A stretch of 64,000 bases of DNA from Dehalococcoidia bacterium. Lineage in GTDB: Bacteria > Chloroflexota > Dehalococcoidia > Lucifugimonadales > GCA-002694895. The notes beneath the pieces are model-generated. The model was not told the DNA's origin and searched no databases. It was given only the letters and a program-made list of their open reading frames with translations. Shown here piece after piece: positions 39,893 through 49,980 of the stretch. The translations under genes and the position numbers were made by a program. Every line of letters starts with the position of its first letter. Position 1 is the first letter of the stretch. The stretch lies in contig JAPYRX010000001.1 in assembly GCA_029936815.1 (NCBI GenBank), forward strand, positions 4,256 to 68,255. The letters run 5' to 3'.

Positions 39893-40281
39893 ATGAAAAA
39901 AATCTATGATAGAATTTCAGCAGGAGGATTAGTTTACAAAAATATACAGACAAATGGTATCTACCAAAAGGTACGCAAGAACTAGGAGAAGAAATTAAAG
40001 ACACCGCAATTAGAGAAGTCAGTGAAGAGACAGGGTTGAAAGTTATTATAATTCAATATCTTTCTGATGTTGAATACTCATTTCTAGAAGAAAAAAGTTT
40101 GATTAATAAAAAAGTAAGTTATTATATTATGAATCCAAAAGGAGGATCATTAGATGAACACGACAATGAATTTGACAATGTTATTTGGGTTACTAAAAAA
40201 CAATGTTTAAATCTATTAAAATTTGAAAATGAAAAAAAATTGGTTACCACAACTTATGAAATTGTTGGAAAACATGAATGA
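39893..40281 (+). pseudogene. NUDIX hydrolase with a disrupted 5' region (frame change and probable short deletion)
   Basis: Frame A from the ATG at 39893 reads MKKIYDRISAGGLVYKN... and stops at 39983-39985. Frame B, open from 39913, carries KWYLPKGTQELGEEIKDTAIREVSEETGL (a full Nudix box) through to the stop at 40281. Confidence 0.65.
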
Positions 40282-40828
40282 AGAAAAGTTTACATATAAT
40301 AATATATTGTTAAACAAAGGCGATATTACAGGTAAAAAAATCACTTTAAAAAATAAAAACATAAATGATTTTGCTAAAGATTATTTATGGAGGACAGATC
40401 CTGAATTAGCCACTTTAGATGCATCTTATCCACTAGAAATGTCTTTTAAATCATTCATAAAGGCTTACAAATCTGAAATAAAGAAAAGCGAAAAAAATAC
40501 TGCAAGGTTTTCAATTTTTTCAAATGATGATAAACACATCGGTAATAGCATGTTTTATAACATTAATCATTTTTCAAAATCAATGGAATTAGGAATAATG
40601 ATAGGCGATAAAAACTATTGGGGAAAAGGCTACGGATCAGATACAGTCAAGACCATGATAGATCATATTTTTTCTGAAACTGATTTCGGCAAAATATACC
40701 TTCATACACTTAAATGGAATGTTCGTGCGAAATTTTCATTTAAAAAAAGTGGATTTGCAAAAATCAGAGAAGTATCACGAGATGGAAAACAATTTATTTA
40801 CATGGAAATCTCAAAGAATCCGATTTAA
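40274..40828 (+). CDS. GNAT-family N-acetyltransferase (RimJ/RimL-like)
   Basis: The ELGIMIGDKNYWGKGYGSDTVKTMIDHIF acetyl-CoA site. The start is taken at the ATG at 40274 (MNEEKF), which overlaps the NUDIX stop; the track start 40223 is less likely. Confidence 0.8.
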   Translation: MNEEKFTYNNILLNKGDITGKKITLKNKNINDFAKDYLWRTDPELATLDASYPLEMSFKSFIKAYKSEIKKSEKNTARFSIFSNDDKHIGNSMFYNINHFSKSMELGIMIGDKNYWGKGYGSDTVKTMIDHIFSETDFGKIYLHTLKWNVRAKFSFKKSGFAKIREVSRDGKQFIYMEISKNPI

Positions 40829-41734
40829 TTATTTTCCACTTATTTTTATACCAGATATATTTTCAACAAAAGTAGCTATCCCTGAATGATCCCATTCTCC
40901 TTTTCCTTCCGAAATCAATGAACTTATCATTTGTTGGACCAAGGCTGTTACTGGAAGTGAAACTCCTAATTCTTTAGCAGTAATAAGAGCATTATTCAAA
41001 TCTTTTTGATGCAAATTAATTCTAAATCCAGGAGTGAAATTTCCTTCTGCCATCATAGGCCCTTTCGCATTCATCACTGTACTGCCTGCTAATCCACCAG
41101 ATATAGCATTAATAACTACCTTGGGATCCAATCCGGATTTTTTTGATAATACTAGAGCTTCTCCAAGAGCTTCAATATTTGCAGCAACAATTATTTGATT
41201 TGCTAATTTCGTGGTATTTCCAGCTCCACTATCTCCGCAATAAACTTTACTTTTCCCTAATATATCAAATATAGAGGAAAATTTATTGAAAATTTCTTCT
41301 TTCCCTCCTACCATAATAGCTAAGTCTCCACTTATAGCCATAGGTTCTCCTCCACTAACAGGAGCATCCAAAAAGTCAATGCCATAATTTTCGCATTCTT
41401 TATATATTTTTTGTGAAACCAAAGGTGAAATCGAACTCATATCAATTATAGTAGTCCCTTTTTTCAATGTTCCTAAAACTCCATTATCAGAAATTATAGC
41501 TTCTTCTGAGTTTGCAGAATCTTGCACCATTATAATAACTACATCTACAACTTTACCTAATTCTTGTGCATTATTTGATTTCATAGCTCCCATATTTACC
41601 ATTTCATCAATCACTGTATGTTTATGATCATATACACAAACTTGATATCCTGCATTTAATAAATTTTTCGCCATGGGTTTACCCATAATTCCTAGTCCAA
41701 TAAATCCTATTTTGAGTTCTTTTTTTGTTGTCAT
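40829..41734 (-). CDS. NAD(P)-dependent beta-hydroxyacid dehydrogenase (GarR/MmsB, 2-hydroxy-3-oxopropionate reductase family)
   Basis: IGFIGLGIMGKPMAKNL Rossmann motif, DAPVSGG and the lysine motif KLANQ. The ATG at 41734 has an AGGA upstream and is preferred over the TTG at 41752. Confidence 0.85.
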   Translation of the reverse strand: MTTKKELKIGFIGLGIMGKPMAKNLLNAGYQVCVYDHKHTVIDEMVNMGAMKSNNAQELGKVVDVVIIMVQDSANSEEAIISDNGVLGTLKKGTTIIDMSSISPLVSQKIYKECENYGIDFLDAPVSGGEPMAISGDLAIMVGGKEEIFNKFSSIFDILGKSKVYCGDSGAGNTTKLANQIIVAANIEALGEALVLSKKSGLDPKVVINAISGGLAGSTVMNAKGPMMAEGNFTPGFRINLHQKDLNNALITAKELGVSLPVTALVQQMISSLISEGKGEWDHSGIATFVENISGIKISGK

Positions 41735-41885
41735 TATATTTCCTAAATCCAAAGTTACTAACTGAAAAATTAATTATAAAACATATCTGATGTTAAATCC
41801 AAAAATATAATTATATATAAATAATAATACGACCTTGTCTTTGATATACTAATATCAATTCAATATTAATAATCTAACTGGTTAT

Positions 41886-42407
41886 ATGGTTAACTTTGGA
41901 AACGAAATAAATAGTGTTAAATTTATACAATCTGTTACGGATGGGCAGGCAGGGAATAGGGTTTTTAGTATAGAAATTTTTTCTGACACCCAAAACATAA
42001 AAATCATTATTGAAAAAGAACAATTAATTTCTGCTTGCGAATATATAATCAAAAATTTATACAGAGAAAAAATTAAAAAAAGCAAAAATAATTTAAATTT
42101 TGAATATGAGTCTGTGTTTGATCTAGAATTAAAATCCAATAACATTTCGATTAATATTATAAAAGAATTAAATCAATTTGAAATACATTTTAAAAATCAA
42201 GAAGATGAAAATATAAACACCCTAGTTATTGCGAGTATTTCTTATGAACAAGCTATAACTTTTGCTAAATCAAGTATAGATTTAGCATCAAAAGGTAGGC
42301 CAAATTGTAAGTTATGCTATAAACCAATGAATCTTTCTGATATTTCATCTGAAAATCCTCAAATATGCATAAATTGCCCTAGGAAAAACGGGCATCACAC
42401 AAGGTAA
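41886..42407 (+). CDS. DUF3090-family protein (function unknown)
   Basis: FIQSVTDGQAGNRVFSIEI near the N-terminus and a C-terminal zinc ribbon GRPNCKLC....CINCPRKNGH. Recognised from memory of the family, not searched. Confidence 0.7.
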   Translation: MVNFGNEINSVKFIQSVTDGQAGNRVFSIEIFSDTQNIKIIIEKEQLISACEYIIKNLYREKIKKSKNNLNFEYESVFDLELKSNNISINIIKELNQFEIHFKNQEDENINTLVIASISYEQAITFAKSSIDLASKGRPNCKLCYKPMNLSDISSENPQICINCPRKNGHHTR

Positions 42408-42409
42408 CT

Positions 42410-43165
42410 ATGGAAGACAAAGATAATTTAAATTTGAAAATTGTCGTAAATAGTACACTCGCTAACTCAGAATATCTAGAATTTGAAAATTTAATCCAAT
42501 CAAATATCAATAATATTTATAGTATTCCTAAAGGATCAAACAATAATTTATTAATAGAATTTAGAAATAGCAATTATGCGATTTTCAAACCAAAATTAGG
42601 AGAAAAACCTCTGTCTGATTTTCCGATTGGGTCTTTATACAAAAGAGAATTTGCAAGTTATCTTTTTTCGATATTACTAGGATGGCCTAATATTCCTCCA
42701 ACTACAATTGTTGAAATTGATAAAATAGGATTAGGATCATTACAAAAAATAATAAGCCATAAACATGTAAATTATTTTGACATATCTAAAGATAACCAGG
42801 AAGAGTTTTTAAGATTTGCGGTATTTGATTATTTAACAAATAATGCAGACAGAAAGGCAGGGCATTGTATTTTAGACGAATCTAATAAAATATGGAGTAT
42901 CGATCATGGGGTTACTTTTCACCAAACATTTAAATTAAGAACAATTATGTTTGATATATGGGAAAACAATATTTCTGAAAAATTGATCAATGAAGTTAAA
43001 ATTGCAAAAGTAAAGTTATCTCAACAGAAAAACAAAAAGTTTTTTTCAAAATTAATTTCAGAAATCGAAATCAATGCAACAATATCAAGAATGAACGAAT
43101 TTTTAACAAGCAAATCTCTGCCTATAATAAATCAATATGAAAATATACCATGGCCATTAATATGA
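42410..43165 (+). CDS. SCO1664-family protein (PI3/PI4-kinase-like fold, function unknown)
   Basis: GSNNNLL, FKPKLGEKPLSDFPIGSLYKREFASY, NNADRKAGH and IDHGVTFH motifs. It sits 2 nt after the DUF3090 gene. Confidence 0.7.
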   Translation: MEDKDNLNLKIVVNSTLANSEYLEFENLIQSNINNIYSIPKGSNNNLLIEFRNSNYAIFKPKLGEKPLSDFPIGSLYKREFASYLFSILLGWPNIPPTTIVEIDKIGLGSLQKIISHKHVNYFDISKDNQEEFLRFAVFDYLTNNADRKAGHCILDESNKIWSIDHGVTFHQTFKLRTIMFDIWENNISEKLINEVKIAKVKLSQQKNKKFFSKLISEIEINATISRMNEFLTSKSLPIINQYENIPWPLI

Positions 43166-43996
43166 TTATTCGTTTATAAAAATAATATCAAAACCTATTC
43201 TAAAAGATTTTTTTTCAATATTTTTATATATTTTCTCCATTGATTCCATGTATACCCATTCATTTTTTTTACTTCCAAGTTCCCGCAAATAGATAGATTT
43301 ATTTTGTCCTGAAAATATACCAATCAAACTAGCGACATCCCATATTTTCGGATTATTAGAAAGCATGGATCTTACTTTTCCTAAAGCAACCATGGCGCCC
43401 TCATAAGACATACTACCGTAATTCCTAAAATCGTGAGAAATATATTTTGATTTTAAATAATTTTTGCTTTCTTTGTAATCTGTATATAAATTACCTGGAA
43501 CAAAAGATAAGTTAGATTGATTACTGTTTTTATACTCCATATTATTTAATAACATTCCTGTTTTTTCTGACCAAAAGATATAATCGCCTTTCAAAGAGGA
43601 TATAGACGGGATAAATATATTTGAAAAAATTGTTTTATAATTTTCGATATAAGCAATAGAGCTACCAAAAACATTTAATCCATTAGAAAAATTTGATGTG
43701 CCATCTAAAGGGTCTATAATCCATACTGAGTCATTAAATCCATAATTAAAAGATTCTATATCTTCTTCTGATAATATATTATGATTTGGAAAATTTTTTG
43801 TTATTTCTGCTTCTATATTATTATGAATATCCAAATCTATCTGGGTAACTATCTCTTTTTTCCCATCAGAATTTATCTTGTAATTCTTAGGATTAATTTG
43901 GTTTATATTATTTAATATATACAATCCGGCTTTAACAACCAATTTTTTCGATAATTCTTGAATTTTTTTACTTTCTAAACTATTTAATCCTTCCAC
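43166..43996 (-). CDS. Inositol monophosphatase-family phosphatase (SuhB/CysQ/HisN-like)
   Basis: SEED, IIDPLDGTSNF and WDVASLIG motifs. The start codon is GTG. Confidence 0.8.
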   Translation of the reverse strand: MEGLNSLESKKIQELSKKLVVKAGLYILNNINQINPKNYKINSDGKKEIVTQIDLDIHNNIEAEITKNFPNHNILSEEDIESFNYGFNDSVWIIDPLDGTSNFSNGLNVFGSSIAYIENYKTIFSNIFIPSISSLKGDYIFWSEKTGMLLNNMEYKNSNQSNLSFVPGNLYTDYKESKNYLKSKYISHDFRNYGSMSYEGAMVALGKVRSMLSNNPKIWDVASLIGIFSGQNKSIYLRELGSKKNEWVYMESMEKIYKNIEKKSFRIGFDIIFINE

Positions 43997-44072
43997 TTAG
44001 CACCTAAAGGGTAATATTATTATTGAAATTAATGCGTCAATTCATTAGTTTATTATATTCAAAATAAATAAT

Positions 44073-45206
44073 ATGAAATATAAAAGAATAGTAATAAAAA
44101 TTGGAACTTCCCTCATTACTCAAAATAATGGTGATTTAAACACTATTTTCATTTCTGAGTTAGCAAAACTTTGTGAAAAATTAAATGAATCAAAATATGA
44201 AATAGTTATAGTTTCATCTGGTGCAATTGGAGCAGGTATAAAAATCATAAATGAAACCAAAGACCATTTTTTAAACCAAAACCAAACGTCGATCAAACAG
44301 GTCTTAGCTTCTGTGGGGCAACCATTAGTGATGAAAAGCTATCAAGAAATATTTGACCAATCAAATATTCAAACTTCTCAAATATTATTAACACGAAAAG
44401 AAATCAGTGAAGATAAATCAACTTATTTAAATGTTAAAAATACAATAGAAAAACTTATTGAACTAAAAATAATACCAATAATCAACGAAAATGATGTGGT
44501 TTCCACAGAAGAAGTGGAAGGTGACAAATTTGGTGACAATGATACTCTGTCCGCATATGTAAGTAATCTCATAGATGCAAATTTATTAATAATTTTAAGC
44601 TCTCTAGACGGAGTTTACACATCAGATCCTAATTTAGACCCTGAAAATGCAATACTTATTAAAGAATTTAAAGATATAACTTTTAATGAAATAAATACAT
44701 TAGGAGGACCTAGTTCAGATAAACGTGGAACCGGAGGAATGAGTGCTAAATTAAAAGCAATTGAAATAGCATCTATGTCTGGAACTGATGTTGTAATAAC
44801 AAACGGTAATAATGTAAATAATATTGAGAAAATATTGAGAAATGAAAAAATTGGTACATTTTTTCCTGCAAAATCAAAGATTATTGAAAGAAAAAAGAAA
44901 TGGTTAGTTAATAATATGTCAAGATCTAAATCTATAACAATTGACGATGGTGCTAAAGCAGCAATAACTAATAACAATACTAGCCTACTTCCTGCAGGTA
45001 TAATTAATGTAATTGGTACATTTAAAGCAGGAGAAGTTGTATGTATACTAGACAAAGAGAAAAAAATAATTGCATCCGGTATATCAAGTTATTCTAATAA
45101 AGAAATAAATAAAATAAAAGGGAAACAATCAGAAAATATAATAAATATTCTTGGATATGTACATACAGAAGAAGTAATTCACAAAAATAATTTGGTAAGC
45201 ATATAA
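44073..45206 (+). CDS. proB: Glutamate 5-kinase (with PUA domain)
   Basis: IVIKIGTSLIT, VSSGAIGAG, GDNDTLSA and GTGGM motifs, plus the C-terminal PUA domain. Confidence 0.95.
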   Translation: MKYKRIVIKIGTSLITQNNGDLNTIFISELAKLCEKLNESKYEIVIVSSGAIGAGIKIINETKDHFLNQNQTSIKQVLASVGQPLVMKSYQEIFDQSNIQTSQILLTRKEISEDKSTYLNVKNTIEKLIELKIIPIINENDVVSTEEVEGDKFGDNDTLSAYVSNLIDANLLIILSSLDGVYTSDPNLDPENAILIKEFKDITFNEINTLGGPSSDKRGTGGMSAKLKAIEIASMSGTDVVITNGNNVNNIEKILRNEKIGTFFPAKSKIIERKKKWLVNNMSRSKSITIDDGAKAAITNNNTSLLPAGIINVIGTFKAGEVVCILDKEKKIIASGISSYSNKEINKIKGKQSENIINILGYVHTEEVIHKNNLVSI

Positions 45207-45209
45207 AAA

Positions 45210-46478
45210 ATGAAAAAAAATGAATTAATTAAATTAGCACAAGACACACAAAAAGCTTCTAGAGAGCTTTATAATTTAAGCACAGAACATAAAAATTTAA
45301 TACTATCTAATATTTATAAAAATATATCAACAAATACGGATCTTATTCTAAAAAATAATGATGAAGATATAAAAAATTCTATCAAATTAAAAAAAGATGC
45401 ATCTTTTATAGACCGATTAACTCTTACTGAAAAAAAAATTCAAACCATGGTTTCTTCAATTAAAAACATTATTAAACTTAATGATCCTGTAGGCAAAATA
45501 CTTGATGAAAAAATTATTAAAAACGAAATGAATTTAAAAAAAATAACAGTCCCTTTAGGAGTAGTAGGTGTTATTTATGAAAGTAGGCCTGATATTACTA
45601 CTGATATAAGTTGCTTGGGAATTAAATCTGGGAATGCAATAATACTTAAAGGCGGAAAAGAATCAATAAATACAAATATTATTTTAGAAAAAATTATCAA
45701 ACAATCTCTTAGAGAATTAAAATTTAATACCAATATGATTAACTTGATTAAATCAACGGATCGTCAAATTACTGAAGAATTCTTAATGTTGGACAAATAT
45801 ATAGATCTAATGATACCAAGAGGCGGAGAAACACTAGTAAAAATGGTAGCCGAAAAAGCAAAAATGCCAGCTATCACAGGAGGAATAGGAGTTTCTCACA
45901 TATATATAGATGAATTCGCTGACATTGAAAAAGCAATAAATATAACTCTAAATTCTAAAATTTCAAAGCCTAGTGTATGTAATGCTTTGGATACATTGAT
46001 AATAAATTCAAAAATACAGTCAAATATATTACCTAAATTAACTAAATCTCTTTTGGATTCTGGTGTGGAAATAAGGTGTGATGAACCATCGTATAAAATA
46101 ATGGACAAAAATAATGAAAATATTATTCGATCTACCAAAAATGATTGGGGGAAAGAGTTTTTGGATTATATAATTTCAATTAAGTCTGTCGACAATATAG
46201 AAGAAGCTATCAATCATATACAAAAATATGGATCTGGGCATACCGACGCTATCGTATCAGAATCAGAATCTAATATTGCCAAATTTGTAGACAATATTGA
46301 TTCAGCAGCTGTAATGGTTAATGTTAGTACCCAATTCAACGACGGTGGAGAGTTTGGCATGGGAGCAGAAGTTGCTATAAGCACAAACAAATACGGCGCA
46401 AGGGGTCCAATGGGGCTTGATGATTTATGCTCATACAAATGGATTTTAAAAGGTAACGGTAATATAAGGATTAGATAA
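45210..46478 (+). CDS. proA: Gamma-glutamyl phosphate reductase
   Basis: GVIYESRPD, LKGGKE, the active-site context CNALDTL and GSGHTDAIV. Confidence 0.95.
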   Translation: MKKNELIKLAQDTQKASRELYNLSTEHKNLILSNIYKNISTNTDLILKNNDEDIKNSIKLKKDASFIDRLTLTEKKIQTMVSSIKNIIKLNDPVGKILDEKIIKNEMNLKKITVPLGVVGVIYESRPDITTDISCLGIKSGNAIILKGGKESINTNIILEKIIKQSLRELKFNTNMINLIKSTDRQITEEFLMLDKYIDLMIPRGGETLVKMVAEKAKMPAITGGIGVSHIYIDEFADIEKAINITLNSKISKPSVCNALDTLIINSKIQSNILPKLTKSLLDSGVEIRCDEPSYKIMDKNNENIIRSTKNDWGKEFLDYIISIKSVDNIEEAINHIQKYGSGHTDAIVSESESNIAKFVDNIDSAAVMVNVSTQFNDGGEFGMGAEVAISTNKYGARGPMGLDDLCSYKWILKGNGNIRIR

Positions 46479-46492
46479 TATTAATCTAATCC
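46468..46492. terminator. Hairpin shared by the convergent proA and rpoD 3' ends
   Basis: GGATTAGAT-aatatta-ATCTAATCC is a perfect 9-bp stem spanning both stop codons. Flanking U-tracts are weak. Confidence 0.3.
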
Positions 46493-48060
46493 AAAAAATC
46501 TCTTAACTTCTTAGATCTCATAGGGTGTCTTAATTTTCTAAGCGCTTTCGCTTCAATTTGCCTTATTCTTTCTCTCGTAACACCAAAATCTTTTCCAACT
46601 TCTTCTAATGTCCTGCTTCTTCCATCTTCTAATCCAAAACGTAATTGTAAAACTTGAGCTTCTCTTTCGCTTAAAGTGTGCAATACATCTTCAACTTGCT
46701 CTTTTAATAATTGATGTGAAGCAGCATCAGCTGGTGCTATTGCAGTTTTATCTTCGATAAAATCTCCTAAATCACTATCATCTTCTTCACCAACAGGAGT
46801 TTCTAGCGAAACAGGTTCTTGCGAAATTTTAAGTATTTCTCTAACTTTATCAGGAGTGACTTCCATTTCTACTGCTATTTCTTCATGAGTTGGATCTCTA
46901 CCATATTCTTGAACTAATTTTCTACTGGTGCGTAATAATTTATTTATAGTCTCTACCATGTGAACAGGGATTCTAATAGTTCTGGCTTGATCAGCTATAG
47001 CTCTAGTTATAGCCTGCCTTATCCACCATGTAGCATATGTACTAAATTTATAACCTTTTCTATAATCAAATTTTTCAACAGCTCTGATTAAACCAATATT
47101 ACCTTCTTGAATCAAATCTAAAAGAGACATTCCTCTGCCAATATATTTTTTTGCAACGCTAACAACCAATCTTAAATTAGCTTCTGATAATAATTTCTGA
47201 CTATTATACGAAATTTGTTTTTTCTGATGATAAAAATCTGACAAATCATCACTGTAATTATTGATTTCTTTAAAAATCTCCCCTGATTTTAATGCTTTTT
47301 TTATATCAGAGTTTTTATTGTATTTATCAACAATTTCATGAAGGAAATCAGGAATCAATCTGAGGGAAGTTGAAGTAGATCTTATCATATCAGCTACATC
47401 TAATGGTTCTTTATTCATAGCATCTGCTATGTAATTAATTAACTCTTCATCTAGTATGTCATATACAAATTTATTCCATTTTTTGATTTGTCTTTTATCT
47501 AAACTATCAGCAATCTTAAACAAATCTTTAATCTGCAATCCTTTGCTAGGAACTTTATAACCAATATATTTCAAAATTAATTCAAAAACTTTTATATTAT
47601 CTACGATTTTTTCCACAGCAACATTGGACATAAAAGTATCTGTTAATTCACCTGCCTTTTCCAATTCCGGGTTTCGTGAAACAACATCAATCATTTCACC
47701 TTCTTCCATAGATCTTGCAAGCTCTCTTTCATCTTTGGCAGTTAATAATCCAACCCTCCCTATTTCTCTCAAGTATAATCTGACAGGATCATCTATAATT
47801 TCTGGAGTATCATTAATAACATCGTCCAACAAAACAAGCTCACCTTCATTGTTAAGCTTATAAGAATCTCCAAATTCATCATTAATATTTTCTTCGGCAC
47901 CAGCTTGTTTTTCTCGAGAAATTTTTAAACTCATAAATTCTTTTGCTATATCTTCAGGATCATCACTAAATTCTTCACGTTGTACCATGTTTTGTTTAGC
48001 TGATTGAATAAAATCAACCAATACAGAATCTTGTTCCTTATTCCACATTTTTTCAGTCAT
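46486..48060 (-). CDS. rpoD: Primary RNA polymerase sigma factor (sigma-70, RpoD)
   Basis: Acidic region 1, region 2 [24 protein letters not shown], and region 4 [30 protein letters not shown]. Confidence 0.97.
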   Translation of the reverse strand: MTEKMWNKEQDSVLVDFIQSAKQNMVQREEFSDDPEDIAKEFMSLKISREKQAGAEENINDEFGDSYKLNNEGELVLLDDVINDTPEIIDDPVRLYLREIGRVGLLTAKDERELARSMEEGEMIDVVSRNPELEKAGELTDTFMSNVAVEKIVDNIKVFELILKYIGYKVPSKGLQIKDLFKIADSLDKRQIKKWNKFVYDILDEELINYIADAMNKEPLDVADMIRSTSTSLRLIPDFLHEIVDKYNKNSDIKKALKSGEIFKEINNYSDDLSDFYHQKKQISYNSQKLLSEANLRLVVSVAKKYIGRGMSLLDLIQEGNIGLIRAVEKFDYRKGYKFSTYATWWIRQAITRAIADQARTIRIPVHMVETINKLLRTSRKLVQEYGRDPTHEEIAVEMEVTPDKVREILKISQEPVSLETPVGEEDDSDLGDFIEDKTAIAPADAASHQLLKEQVEDVLHTLSEREAQVLQLRFGLEDGRSRTLEEVGKDFGVTRERIRQIEAKALRKLRHPMRSKKLRDFLD

Positions 48061-48064
48061 AAAA

Positions 48065-49864
48065 TTACCTGTTTGAACTATATTTATTAATCTTACTACT
48101 TAATGAAATATCAATATCCTTTATTCTGTTTTGTATAGATATAATTTGCTCTTTTATATCTAACTCATTAAAATCTGAGTTGGTCAATACAGCATTGTTT
48201 TTTATTAAAAGATATTCTCTCTCAATTTGTATCATTAATTTATTAATAACATCTATTAATATTTGATTGTCAAAAAATTTAAATTTATCAGATTTTAACT
48301 CATTAAATTTTTCATTCAAATTTTCATCTAAAATCTTTTGGTCAATCCCTTTAATCCATTCGTATAATATCTGCTTACAAATTGTATCATCAATCATCTC
48401 TATATCCCATTCATTTAATAGGTCTTTATTAGTAATATTGTTTGATATTATTAAACTTATTAAATGTTCGCTTAATAATAATAATCTATTTTTTTTATCG
48501 GGCGTGATAGCTGAGTTAGTATAATCTGTCGTAGAATTGAAATATATTTTTGATTTATTATCAAAACCTGCTCTAATTCTTTGCTCCGAAACATTAAGCT
48601 CCGAACTAAGCATTGCTATATATTGGTCCTGAACATAAGGATTTTTCTCTTGAGAAATAAATGGCTTAACTGTTTCTTCTACTAATTCCTTCCCCTCTGG
48701 AGTATTAGAATCAAATCTTAAAGCTAAAGATTTGATTAAATATTCAATAATTGGTTTAGCATTATCTGTCATTGTTTTCCACAGTTCCGGAGATTTTCTA
48801 ATAAATGAATCGGGATCTGTGTCCTCTGGTAAATCAATAACTCTTAAAAGAAAATTTTTCCTTACTGATTTGTTTGTAATTCCAGTTGGTAAATCTTTTG
48901 AATTTGAAGAAAAAACTCCCCAACTTTTATCTAAAGCATTCAAAGTAGCTTCTGTTCCTGCCTGATCAGAATCTAATGCAATAATTGCAGCATTAGAAAT
49001 ACCAGCAATTTTACTAGCTTGATATACAGTTATTGCAGTCCCCATTGACGCAACAACGTTTTTAAAACCATATTGATGAGCAATAATCACATCAGTATAT
49101 CCTTCTACCAACACACATTCGTCATTATCACGTATATACTCAAATGCCTGGTCAATCCCATACAATACTGCTCCTTTATCAAACAGTGAATTTTTTTTTG
49201 TATTAATATATTTAGGATTTCTATCAGATAACACACGACCTCCAAACCCTAAAATATCGTCGTTTTGGGATTTAATAGGAAATATTAGCCTGTCAGAGAA
49301 AAAATCAAGTTCTTTACCAATCGCAGATTTAGATATCAATCCATATTGAATTAAAGATTCTAATGCATAATCTTTGTTTTGCAAATATTCTGAGAGTTTT
49401 TTTCCTCTAGGGTTATACCCCAAATCAAAATTTATAGCTGATTCCTTTTCAATCCCACGATTTTTCAAATAATTTCTTACGTTTTCACCTTCCGATGAAA
49501 AAAGATTACTTCTAAAAAATTTTAAAGCTAAATAATTTATTTTTTTTATTTCTTCTATTTCTTTAAATTTTTGTGAATTATAATTCTGAGTGGAAATACC
49601 TAATTTTTTTCTCAAAAATTCTAAAGAATCCAAAAAGGATAAATTTTCCTTTTTCATCATAAATGAAAAAATATCCCCTCCAGTAGAGCAGGCTCCAAAA
49701 CATCTCCAAATATTTTTATCTGAATCTACTATAAATGAAGCGGTTTTCTCACTATGAAATGGACAGACTGATTTATATAATCTGCCTTGTTTTTTCAGTT
49801 CAACAAATTCAGATACTAGATCTAAAACTGTTATCTTATTTTTTATTTCATCTGTTAAACTCAT
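48065..49864 (-). CDS. dnaG: DNA primase
   Basis: Zinc finger [11 protein letters not shown]....CFGC and TOPRIM motifs EGYTDVI and DSDQAG. It lies in the dnaG-rpoD order. Confidence 0.95.
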   Translation of the reverse strand: MSLTDEIKNKITVLDLVSEFVELKKQGRLYKSVCPFHSEKTASFIVDSDKNIWRCFGACSTGGDIFSFMMKKENLSFLDSLEFLRKKLGISTQNYNSQKFKEIEEIKKINYLALKFFRSNLFSSEGENVRNYLKNRGIEKESAINFDLGYNPRGKKLSEYLQNKDYALESLIQYGLISKSAIGKELDFFSDRLIFPIKSQNDDILGFGGRVLSDRNPKYINTKKNSLFDKGAVLYGIDQAFEYIRDNDECVLVEGYTDVIIAHQYGFKNVVASMGTAITVYQASKIAGISNAAIIALDSDQAGTEATLNALDKSWGVFSSNSKDLPTGITNKSVRKNFLLRVIDLPEDTDPDSFIRKSPELWKTMTDNAKPIIEYLIKSLALRFDSNTPEGKELVEETVKPFISQEKNPYVQDQYIAMLSSELNVSEQRIRAGFDNKSKIYFNSTTDYTNSAITPDKKNRLLLLSEHLISLIISNNITNKDLLNEWDIEMIDDTICKQILYEWIKGIDQKILDENLNEKFNELKSDKFKFFDNQILIDVINKLMIQIEREYLLIKNNAVLTNSDFNELDIKEQIISIQNRIKDIDISLSSKINKYSSNR

Positions 49865-49980
49865 AATGCGTATATGTATAATGAATGATTATGTATCAAA
49901 AAATAATTCTATGCTTAAAATATACAGGGAATATAGAATAATAAATTAGAAGAAAAAAAACTATAAAGTTTTGATTAATA

